Positions 53,200 to 64,000 of a stretch of DNA of 64,000 bases are shown here, piece after piece (the stretch's first letter is position 1; every line of letters starts with the position of its first letter). The notes beneath the pieces were generated by a model. The model did not search any database. It was not told the origin of the DNA and saw nothing but the letters and a program-made list of their open reading frames with translations. The position numbers and the translations under genes are program-made. The stretch comes from Octopus sinensis. Taxonomy: Eukaryota. The DNA lies in assembly GCF_006345805.1 (NCBI RefSeq), contig NC_043003.1, positions 76,756,001 through 76,820,000 on the forward strand, read 5' to 3'.

Positions 53200-53910
53200 A
53201 GGTACCACAGCTCAGATAAACCATCTGCTGCCTATATTCGTCTGTAGTGGTTTTTAGATGTTGCTGATGATATGCAGGCATGAAATGAGGCTGACAGACA
53301 TAAATAAATACCCACATCAATGTGACGGTTACGTCGACTACAAAGGTAACAATGATCTAGTGTAAGTGCCAATCGCAAGACACCATATTCCACGCTTGTG
53401 ACAGACTGAGATACAAATGTTAGATACACACACTAACAATGCAATCAGCGATATAACAACTCGCACATTCTACAGAGAATTTGTAGAGAGTATGAGCGAT
53501 GTTAGCCGGATAACGGTTCTGAGCATCGACGGTGACAGTCAAACCAATCTGTCCTGGAGGATATTTAAGTCAAGGACTCTGAATAACTTCCAAAGTTCTG
53601 TACATGATAGTGCTTATTAGGCGGGAGTGTTACCTGTTCAAGAGAAACTCTGCAGGCATGGAATTGTTCACGACTGGATCTAAATGAGGCGTGAATAGAG
53701 CGATGAAAACGTTGTGTACGCTATCGTCCAACAGTATTTGTACATTATCGATCGGTGGGCTGGTGTGGAACAGCTACTGTTGCTTGTTGGACGAATCCAG
53801 TTATTAGCCGGATAAATTCTGAAAATCGATGGGCCAACTTTGACAAGAAAGGGGAGCTGCTAATTTTCATCTTCCTAGTGGTGCAGAAAAAAAGTGGTAT
53901 GGTGGGGTAA
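53200..53910 (+). pseudogene. Decayed L1/Tx1-like C-terminal region
   Basis: TFYREFVE..LNNFQSS..AY*AGVLPVQEKLCRHG..SDENVVYAIVQ..DRWAGVEQLL..VGRIQL. Confidence 0.7.
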
Positions 53911-53929
53911 TTTGAAAGATTTGAAGTCA

Positions 53930-55072
53930 AGCGTTTACAGTTTCATATCAATGGATGTATTCTTTGTTGCCTATGACTGGGCTGCTGGAGATAATGAGAT
54001 CAATTGTTTCTGCCTCATCTCCGCATAATCTGCAGTTACTCTATTCTGATGCATTATATGATTTTTGTGGATTCCTGCGGGAAGGCTTTGGTCCTGTGCC
54101 GTAATCGATACCGCTACTTTGATTCTAACGCTGTTTATCGAGTATTTGGATTTTTATTTATTTTTTTACTCTCTGTTCATCTCGGCTTTTCCTCTCTGAT
54201 CATGTACGGCCTTTTTTGACATCGTTTAGATCTACAATGTCTTATTATTTGTTATTGCTTTTCCGTTTCCCTTTCATATATCTGTTCTTACTGTCTCTGT
54301 TTTGTATCCCCCCTCCCGCCCACACTGAAGATAAAACACATTTTGTTTTTTGTTTTCTATGTTTCGTAGGAAATTGTTTTAATTTTCCATGGCTCTGTGT
54401 TAGACATTTCTGAATTTCTAGAGTGGGTGTTATGTAATAGTTTTCTAGTCGTATCAGGTTTCTACTTTTGGTATTCGATGTAAATATTCTCCTTTAATAT
54501 CAGGTTTTCGGAGCTTTATTCTAAGTTGTTCAGCGTCCAGTTGAGAATATTAAACTGTAGTTTATTCCTGGAACATCTAGAATATTGATGCGTCACATTA
54601 TGTTTTATATTTAGTTCTGTTTTAAGTATTAGTTTCATGTATCTGTTCTATTCCTCCCTAATATCATCTTCTATTTGTGTGTGCTGTACATTATCTCGTT
54701 CATTGATTCTTGAATATGTGTATGCCAGTATTTGGTCCGTTTTTCTAATCTCATTGTCTTTAGCTCGTACGATACTAGCGTTTTTAATTAATTTTCTACT
54801 CTTCAAGGTCATTTTGGTGCATCTTTCTAAGCCGAATTTATATTTATTTATCAAATCGCTGTATAGTTGTAATAGCATATTCAATTATTTATCATTGGAA
54901 GTAAACTAGCGAAAATCATCCACATACAAAAGAAAGTTAACTATCTTGCCGTAACCTTTATTTTCACATCTGTTTCTATTTAGCATGTTGGTGAAAGGCG
55001 TCAACAGTTCACAGAAAAAAAGTGGCCATAGGTAGTTATCTGAAATATTCCTCTTCTAATGACGATGGTTTT
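53930..55072 (-). pseudogene. Old decayed copy related to R4/Dong family 1
   Basis: IRRGIFQ; NMLNRNRC..GK..FLLYVDD; KFGLERC; AQDQSLP; SNCRLCGDEAETIDLIISSSPV..KEYIH, aligning with 11423-14242. Abuts (AAT)n at 55073-55085. Confidence 0.82.
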
Positions 55073-55086
55073 ATTATTATTATTAC

Positions 55087-55546
55087 TGTGAGAACAGTGC
55101 ATACCATCAAAGTGACACTGGAGTAAAAGACATAAAGCCCAGTATACATGCATCACAGCCATAAGTGCATGACATGGTGATCTCATATCAAGAAAAACAG
55201 AGCATGACCTTGCAGGTGGGGTCCAGTTAGAATTTTCTTCAGGTCGAGTAGCCCATCCCGCTCAAAAGATCCCTGAATAAGGGTTCTTTAAGGATTTTGA
55301 ACATAGCATCCATGTTTCCAAAGGTGAATTAATCAAACCCCAAAGAATTCCTCTCAACACATGGCTATGATGCTTCCCCGTTACATCTGTTCATGATCAG
55401 AGATGCACATATCGTCAGTCACCAGCTCAGCTCGTTAAGATCAAACAATTGACAAGCAAATACGTTGTACTGAGCAGAATACTTGCTGTAGCCCATTTCT
55501 TATACCAAGACACAACAATGTACATGATAACGCTTCCAATCAGTTA
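55087..55546 (-). mobile_element. Family C element, copy 3
   Basis: Reverse homologue of 10579-11124 with internal deletions; (AAT)n-type arrays on both sides. Confidence 0.82.
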
Positions 55547-55567
55547 TCATTATTATTATTATTGTCG

Positions 55568-55635
<68 letters not shown>

Positions 55636-55659
55636 GCTGTTGTTGTTGTTGTTGTTAGC

Positions 55660-56560
55660 CATCGTTGCTATCACTGTGGAGTGCGTTGTGCATTGTGAGC
55701 AGCTTTCTAGTTCTATCCAAGTTCTGTAGCTCGAGCTTTGTGCATTTCAGAAGTGGAATAGAGCATTTGAATACTGGCAGACCCCTTTAACTGTGGCTTT
55801 AATAATGTTCCCTCCATTTAATTTTATTCCGTACGCCTTCCTAATTCTTCTCTTGCTCTCTTTAGTAAATTTCTTTCAAATTCTTTCTCCTATCACCCTA
55901 TCGTCATGCAACATTCCGACTTATTTGCATCTCGCATCATTCCACAGCGATCTAATAATGATGTTTTGTGATAATTGTATGCCATCCGATTTTATCTTCC
56001 GACCTGTCGTCATCATTAGTACTCCGTAATCATTTACCTCAATCTACATTCACAATATCTTTACTGAATAGTCACACTGCTTGAATCAAAGAATTCAGGA
56101 TCTCTTTCATTTTTTATATATAGCTCGAGGTCATCCGTATAAAGTGGGTGATTTATTTTTATCTTGGCTTTAGTAAACTCATAAGCAGACCTAGATTTTC
56201 TCAGTGTGTTTGTCAGAGGGATTAATGCAATGACAAATATCCCTGCATATTTTCACGTTACCTATCGGCTCATTTTCACATGCCAGTTCTACTTCTTATA
56301 CTTTGACCAAAAAGTTGTTTATCATCTCAGTAACTTTGAGTGTCCTCAGAAACTCCAAGAGCCAATTCTGTTAGACATCGTCGTAAGCCTTCCTGCAATC
56401 TAATCCATCAAACAGTGAAATTCTGTTTTCGTATTCGTACCTCATTTAATATTCCACTATCTATTTGTATATATAGCAGATCAACAGTTCCCTCTGATTT
56501 CTTTCCACATCATTTTTGATACCCCTTTTCAAGAAAAAAATATGTACTTTTCAAGAAAAA
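55660..56560 (-). pseudogene. Decayed R4/Dong-like RT fragment
   Basis: YEFTKAKIKINHPLYTDDLELYIKNE..; KLNGGNIIKA; ELQNLDRTRKLLTMHNALH. Confidence 0.7.
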
Positions 56561-57027
56561 AATATGTACTTAATTTGTTATGAGGCTAGTTATTAACTTC
56601 CAGAGTTGTGGTGAACAATAAATAAGTCTACAGTTGCTGGCTTACTCCGCCTTTTCTTTGTCCTCCTGTATCAGCATTGTCCTTCCTATTGTCATTTATG
56701 CTGGTAATCCATATTCTATGCAGTCGTATGTAACTGAGTACACTTCTGTGATATTTGAGCCAGAAACACTAAACACTATCTGATCCAGGGGGCTACTCAG
56801 TTTGGTATTTTCTTCATCACTTTTTTCACTACCTTATACATAAAAACTGTATTTCCTTGTGTCACTCTATCTTCCATTTCTCTTTTAAATTGCCACAACC
56901 AGTATGCTTTTTATTATATCCAATTTCTTCTCCTCCCTCTCCTCCTGCCCACCTCATCCCCCACCTCCTCCTCCTCCTCCTCCATCTTCTTGTTGTTGTT
57001 ACAAAAATTTATATGAATATAAGTAGC

Positions 57028-58300
57028 AACTAGGAAACAAATTTCGTTTTTTTTTTTGGTCTATTGAATTAGATTTGACAGCTCTAGGTAATTTTGATGA
57101 GCTGAGCACAAATTTTTCTTCGGTTTTGCCCTATCAGGTTCTGATTTGGGGTGATAAGTTTTTATAAAATTCATAAAAGCAAGTTTCTCGTCGCTTTTGT
57201 TAACGCTTTTCCAAACTCCAACAAACAGGCGCCTAGCACACTTCGCTCCGTGCATTCTTATACATGTACTCATGTGCAAATAAGTTTAACTTTGAATAGA
57301 AATCAGGAAGGTGAATTTAATATCGAATGTGAGTCAGAGAAGAATGGTTCAACTGAATCTAACTTTATTGCGTTACGAGAACTATTTTGTTTGTGTCAAA
57401 AAGGACCTTTTGACACAATTTTTGACAAGCTTTTTTACATACAGGTGTGGCAACGCCTACTAACCATGAGAGCGATTGCTACTTTTACTCTGTCAAGTCA
57501 TCAGGCTTCACTATATAAGCATTTGTATCAGCATATATAAGCATTGCATCAAGTATCCAAATTTCGACACCGCGTTATGACCTGTTATGACCATTCAAAT
57601 GAATTCCCCATTCCAATATTTAAGAGTCCACCACCCCAAGAATTAGTGGAAGATGTTCCAGAAAATATTGTTATGCACAGAGATGTCTGACATTGATTTT
57701 GACTCCAGCATATTTGAAACTCAAAATGATCCGCAAAAGTTTAACAAGGCCGAGTTGAATAATCTTTAAACTTGCCAGAAAAAGGCTGCGGAAATTTAGC
57801 TTCAAGAAAAACTTGCTTGCTTCAAACACATACATTACATTTTACAGAAAAAGAGAGCTCCTTAGATATTTCAGAAAAGATGAGAGTTTAGTATATCGCT
57901 GTGACATACCTGGTTTGCCACAGGAGTTGGGGTTGCAACATCTATAGTAATTACAACAACTGGTACCTCAACATCATACATAAAGTCCTTAACAACTCAA
58001 CAACTTTCTTGGGGGTAAATTCCCAACAAAAGATACTGCATATACGTCTACAGACAGAATTCCGCACTTAATCAAGTCATATATTAACCAGAAGTTTTAT
58101 ACTTTTAAAACAATATATTATTAGCACACATACTCTTTTACAAACCTGGTTAGAAGAAACAAGAGTTCATGATAAAAAACATATCGGCACATTAGTTAGC
58201 GTCTATAGCGGAGCAAAGTGGTGCAGCGGAAATCCTGTCAGGAAAATAAGAAAACGATATAATATTGAGAACACGTCACTACTAAAACATTGGCTATGCT
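57028..58300 (+). pseudogene. Decayed Chapaev-like DNA transposase
   Basis: VWQ.PTNHESDCYF; KYPNFDTAL.PV..HSNEFPIP; DPQKFNKAELN; KNLLASNTYITFYRKRE..LVY.CDIPGL. These motifs match Chapaev3-type transposases as I recall them; no right TIR found. Confidence 0.55.
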
Positions 58301-58550
58301 CTTCAGCTATAGGTCAATATATTACCCGCAAATCCGAGTGGGCGGCTTCATTCTACTCAACTAGAATGGCAACATATATTTAATTGTAAACATTTCCACA
58401 AATACACACTCCCGTACACACATACACTACAAGATCCTTGATGGTGTGGGTACTTCCAATCATGCCTAAATCATATACTGAGTGCCACGCACGCAAATAG
58501 GTGACATCGTATATAGTGTTTACTTGTTTGCTTCAAATAACCTGGATATA

Positions 58551-58970
58551 GGAGCAGGCGTGGATGTGTGATAAGAAGCTTACTTCCCAACCACATGGTT
58601 CTGGGTTCGGTCCCATTGCGTGATACTTTGGACAAGTGTCTTTTATTATAGCCTCGGGCCGACCTAACAGTTTGTGAGTGGATTTGGGAGACGGAAAATG
58701 AAAGGCACCCGTCGGATATATATGTGTATGTGTGTGTGTGTGTGAGAGAGAGAGAGAGGTAGAGTGTGTGTGTGAGAGAGAGAGAGTGTATGTTTGTGTG
58801 TGTTTGTGTCTATGACCCTCGCTACTACTTGACAACTGTTGTTGACATGTTTACGTCGCTTTAACGTAGTGCTTCGATAGAATAAGTACCATTCGACTAA
58901 AATTTCTTCAAGGAGGTGCTCCAACATGACCGCAGTCTAACGACTTAAGCAATATTAGAGATAACAGATA
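58551..58970 (+). mobile_element. Family B SINE
   Basis: GGAGCAGGCGTGGATGTGTG..GGGTTCGGTCCC..GCCTCGGGCCGACC..(TG/AG)n..GTGCTCCAACATGACCGCAG. Confidence 0.85.
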
Positions 58971-60260
58971 CTCCCAGGGAGCCATTATTATTCCATCCTG
59001 ACAAGCAGCAATGCATAAACATTTCCTTTTATAAAACAATTAATATAAAATATTCTGTTATGCTTTAGAATAATATCACATCAAATAACAAAACTATTTA
59101 TTTCTTATAGAGAGACGAGTAATTTGAAGCTGAACTTTTGACGCGACACTGCCCGCATATGATATTTGCCATAACGCGTTAAGGCAAGCACTGTTTGCAA
59201 GATTTTGTATTTTAATCAGTATATTTTATACGTACTGAGATATTCACTTTCATTTCCAGGCATTAAAGAGATGTCTTTCACTAAATTTCTCTAAATCCTG
59301 TGTATAGACATTGACTTTAATGTATTTATTAGTTACGGAATAAATGTTTCATTTATCTATTGCTTGGATATTGCCAAGAGTTTACCGTAGCATCATCCTC
59401 TATTAATATATTTAAGGAGACATATTGTTATTTGGAGTTCTATATCATTTTATTTATGTACATTTACGTCACTTTTATTTATACCCTTGCAGATTTACAA
59501 CATTTACATGAATATTTGCATGGATATACACATTGTCCAAACGTATATGTATACTATTAAGTGTTTGTTCATTATGTTTATATATGTACGTACGTATGAA
59601 TGTTTGCGCGTTAATGTGCATCTGGCTTTCGACATTTGTCTCTACATCCACCGATATTGTTATCTATTGTCAAACATGCTGTGTATATGTGCGGGAATGC
59701 GCATAATCTCTTCCCTGGTTGATGTATAGGACTTAACAGTGTGGCAGTACAGCAGAGTGGTGTAATATGTTAGTTATTGTATCCCCATAATTCCACAACA
59801 GTCATCTCAAAAAAAATGCTTAGCCCTCAACTCTTTCATTTCAACAGCTATGAAAAGAAACCTGCAGCATTTATATTTACACTTGCGCAATAGGCATGAC
59901 TCTAATATATCAATTTGTTACCCTAATTCTCTTCATCTGTATTTTTGTAATTTGCAAAATACGAAGCTAACCTAAACCTAAAGCATTTACAGAATACTGG
60001 CAACAGTAACCGAACTAAAACAAGCGATAAACAACATCAAGAAAATGGAATATTTTATAATAGAAAGCTATGTAGACGGAGAATATGAACCTGACAATAA
60101 CATATAGGTCGTTTTGCTCAATCATTAAAAAACTAACACCCTAAATAATTCAAAACATACACGAAAATAAATATCACCTGGATAAACGAAAGAATATATT
60201 CAGCACCTCTGATTGATAGAAAAAAAATAGGAACATCCTTATATATATTTATATAAGAAT

Positions 60261-60466
60261 ATTGGTTTCAAATGTTTGCACAAGGCCAGCAATTTAGGGA
60301 GAGAGGTTCATCGACTCCAGTTTCCTATTGGTACTTATTTAATCGACTTCAAAAGAATGAAGGGCAAAGTCGACCTCGGTGGAATTTAAACTCAGAACGT
60401 AAAGACGGATGAAATGTTGCTAAACATTTTGTCTGGTGTGGTAATGATTCTGTCAAATCACCGCCT
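60261..60466 (-). mobile_element. Family A SINE
   Basis: GGCAAAGTCGACCTCGGTGGAATTTAAACTCAGAACG. Confidence 0.85.
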
Positions 60467-60622
60467 CACTCATATAGGAACATTAAAAACAAGAACGGAG
60501 GAAACGAGCATAAGGAAGAAGGCAGATATTAAAATGAAATATTCTTAAGGAAATCATTACTCAAAAAACACAATTCAATAAATAAACGAGAGACAAATAC
60601 TACAGAAATGTAGCAAAATTGA

Positions 60623-60786
60623 AGGTGCACAAGTGGCTGTGTGGTAAGTAACTTGCTTACTAGCCACATGGTTCTAGGAACAGACCCATTGCGTTGCACA
60701 TTTGGCAAGTGTCTTTTACTATAGCCTCGGGCCGAATAAAGCCTTGTGAGTGGATTTGGTAGACGGAAACTGAAAGAAGCCTGTCG

Positions 60787-60828
<42 letters not shown>

Positions 60829-61092
60829 ATGTGTGTGTGTATGTGTGCGTGTGTGTGTGTGTGTCTGCGTGTGTGTGTGCGTGTGTGCGTGTGTGTGTGT
60901 TTGTCCCACCACCACCATCACTTGACAACCGATGTCGGCGTGTTTACGTCACCGTAACTTAGTGGTTCAGCAAAACTGACCAACAGAATAAGTTCTAAGT
61001 TTACAAAGAATAAGTTTTGGGGTGGATTTGTCCGACTAATGGCGGTTGTCCAGCATGGCCGCAGTCAAATGGCTGAACCAAATAAAAAAAAT
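60623..61092 (+). mobile_element. Family B SINE
   Basis: GTGGCTGTGTGGTAAG..GGTAGACGGAAACTGAAAGAAGCC..(TA)n(TG)n..CCAGCATGGCCGCAGTC. Confidence 0.88.
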
Positions 61093-61149
61093 AAAACAAT
61101 AACAAAAATCAAAAGATGCCTGATCATCGCTAAATCATAAAGGTCCCGC

Positions 61150-62620
61150 CACTATGAATATTATTTTTAACACAACACAGCACCAATGGGAAATGGAGAA
61201 ATAGTCTGGAAAGAAATATGAGAAGTGAAGAATCCTCCACGAGATTGTTCAAAACTACAAACACATCTGAACAATTGTTGGAAGTCACATCAACTACAGA
61301 TATTGCCCAGATAATTTCCAGTTCTACAAGCCAAGGTGTGGTAGTGCTACTGAGGAAGTACACAAATAAGGGAGCTAGAACTTATAATTACCGGTTCATA
61401 ACAGTCTTATATACCATTTGCCGAGGTGCTAATGAAGTTCTTTGCGCTTATAATTGTTAACGTGGTAGAGTAAGTTCAAGCCTGTGTGTCCCTTAAAAAC
61501 TCAATCCAACTTTAGGCAGATCTAAATTTATCAGTATCCGACCATGGTCAGTTATAGATCCGATCTTCACTACGTTCCATTACATGATGTGAAGTTGGTC
61601 AGATCCAGCCGGAATTCCACGATTGTTAAAGAGTCTCATAACTGCAAGCATGACAATTGCCAACTTCTTTATAAGCACTTTGGTTTACATCTTTACTTTT
61701 ATGTCTAGCAGATTTATGGTCTTTATATTATCAACTGCATTCTTCTTTTTCAGCACCACTCTTACTAGTCTAGTCTTAAAGCTGGATAGATTTAAAATGA
61801 GTTGGCAAATGCGAACACGATTCAATTACTTACAATTTTATGAGCCGAGATGCCTTCCACTGTGTCGGCCATGACAATAGTGGACAAATCTGATACACTA
61901 TACTAAGTGTCCATAGAATATACAATTCCAATCCTAGCAATTTATCCCTAATATATTTGTACTCAGTGTTGGCTATTTCAGAGGCTGATATCGGAATTTT
62001 GTCTCACTCTACTCTTTACAGTGTGAATTGTGACAGAATATTGAAATAACCATCGAAACCCAGTCTCCATTCCACCGGTTTTCAAGAACAGTTTCGGTAA
62101 ATTTTTGCTTAAAAGCCGAACATAAAATTATCCGATATTACGCACCACTCGCTGTCCGGAAAGACGGTATCGTTCCCCATTATCTCGAGTACTATTCTCA
62201 TCATTATCATTACAGATGCGAAGTCCTCTTTTGAATTAGATATTAACTAACTCCTTCTCCTCTCCTGTCTTTTCTGGTATTATATTCTTAACATATTTTA
62301 TCCTTGCTACTTCATTCATACTATACCTTATCGATTATACGCTAGTTTTATTTTTCAAGCCCACTCACTATCCGTTGCTTAGAATTGCATACATCTGTTT
62401 ATTCCCACTGAACTTGCTCGTTAATGCATTCTCCGCAAGTTTTCTTCATCGCAAATAGGCATTCAATTTCCAGTCACTGGATTTATTTCTAAAAGTAATA
62501 TCTAAGCTGACCGCAGATATTACCAACTTCTGACCTTTGTAGCCGAACACTCAAAATTATATACAACTTTCACTATTCACATTAAGTTTCCTAACAAATA
62601 CCCCATCTTAATATTTAGCC
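61150..62620 (-). pseudogene. Decayed L1/Tx1-like APE-RT fragment
   Basis: DWKLNAYL; DNIKTINLLDIKVKM*TKVL..KLAIV; DQLHIM; GRILINLDLPK, the same motif order as at 17712-18017. Confidence 0.6.
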
Positions 62621-62899
62621 ATCTAACATTTGTTCAAGTTTACGTTGGTACATCCAGTTGATACAGCAATGTGAAAGTGCTGTAATAGGTATTTAAAAGT
62701 TCTAAACACACATTTTGTTGTTTTCAATCTTTATTTTTTAATTTTATTTTGAGGATTACTATCACAGATGTGGAAATATCTTATCAAATTTAACCCTGTA
62801 CCTGTCATGTGTATCACGTGATTTTGAGGACATATTTCCTTGACGTTCATACATCATATATGATACACATCACTAATGTTTTTCAATGACCAAAGTAAT

Positions 62900-63480
62900 T
62901 GGGCCTTATAAAAAGAAAGCTTTATATTACTTAGAACATATGAAACAAGGGATAATTAAAAAGAAAACAAGCACAGACGTTTAGGACAAACTTACTAAAT
63001 GTTTTGGACAGACAAAAGTTCTTTAAGCAACTGTCTTATCTCTCTTCTCTCTGCACCACGATGAGGTATTTTGGGACTTTTTGGAGTGGAGGGAATATCA
63101 TCATGAAGAAGTCTCTGCAGACCACAGCCAACTGCATGTCGTTTTTATTTCTGTTAACTTCGGCTGTCACATTATAATTGAGATGTGCCGCAGAATTGAC
63201 AGTGGGTTTATGAACGAAGTCATTGTTTATATATGACCACCACATAAATTGTAACACAAGCCTTGTGCAGGTATTGGTGCATCAACACAGTCCACCACTA
63301 TGCTTTCTCCTCGATTCTGAATAATAGCTACACACTTTCATACAACCTTAATCTAATCAATAGGAAAACACATATACCCATAAATCAACCAATAATTTTA
63401 AGGAACTTTTGGTGAGAAAGAGATATGTTAATTTTCCCTTTGCGTATGCCTAAGCAGATGTAAGAGGCTCTTGCACCACC
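62900..63480 (-). pseudogene. Possible very decayed R4/Dong-like CCHC-REL fragment
   Basis: GESIV..APIPAQ, then HKP.V..RDF..PKYLIVVQREER, in the expected order. Confidence 0.35.
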
Positions 63481-63810
63481 AGAGATAATACTCTTCTCTC
63501 TGCATTCACGATGTGATAGAGCTTTGGGGTTTTACGATATTTATTCTCGTTGACTTTCTGTTTTCAAATCTCACTGAGGTCAGATTTGCTTTTCATTACT
63601 CCCAACGTGTATAAAACAGTACCAATCAAACAATATGATCGATGTTATCAATACACCTTTCCTTCAAATTTGCTGGCCTTTTACCTAAATAGGAAACAAT
63701 AATATTTCTTTTCTTTGCCAAATAGCTATTTTAATGTAAGTTCTTTGTTACAAAATTTTCGAAAACAACTTCGAAATTCTTTGGTCATGGAGTACACCAG
63801 AAGAAAAAAT

Positions 63811-64000
63811 ATTCTTTTCCACTCAAGGCACAAGGCCCGAAATTTTTGGGGAGGGGTCCAGTCGATGAGATCGACAACAATACCCAACTGGTACTTAATT
63901 TATTGACTCGAAAGGCAAAGTGGACCTCGGTGGAATTTGAACTCAAAACGTAACGGCAGACGAAATACCGCTAAGTACTTCGGCCGGCGTGCTAACGTTT
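63811..64000 (-). mobile_element. Family A SINE running off the window end
   Basis: GGCACAAGGCCCGAAATTTTTGGGGAGGGG..GGAATTTGAACTCAAAACG..GCTAACGTTT. Confidence 0.88.

Noticed and set aside
62790-62870. TTAACCCT followed by a 10-bp inverted repeat ATGTGTATCA/TGATACACAT (piggyBac-like end)
   Set aside because: No matching opposite end or transposase found.

Overview
AT-rich, microsatellite-saturated eukaryotic DNA with no host gene I can support. The SINE repertoire suggests a coleoid cephalopod, probably Octopus (inference). Almost every long ORF-track call is a microsatellite translation artefact. The real coding remnants are all transposon-derived: about nine R4/Dong-like RT+REL LINE copies or fragments (two nearly complete, 11197-14607 + and 48400-51909 -), several of them chained through (AAT)n arrays with a non-coding ~550-bp partner element; a Penelope-like GIY-YIG 3' portion; four L1/Tx1-like relics; RTE relics; a Tc1 element; a mariner-type MITE; a Chapaev-like relic; and three tRNA-derived SINE families. 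The most interesting signal is a set of minimal type-I hammerhead-ribozyme folds in Penelope-type repeats. One has a canonical core (7850-7927). One family, present twice (30092-30142 +, 39796-39846 -), has the core C3-G8 pair swapped to G3-C8. One has an A6U core (39997-40033 -). All alignments and folds were done by eye, degenerate-element boundaries are approximate, and no ribozyme activity has been tested.
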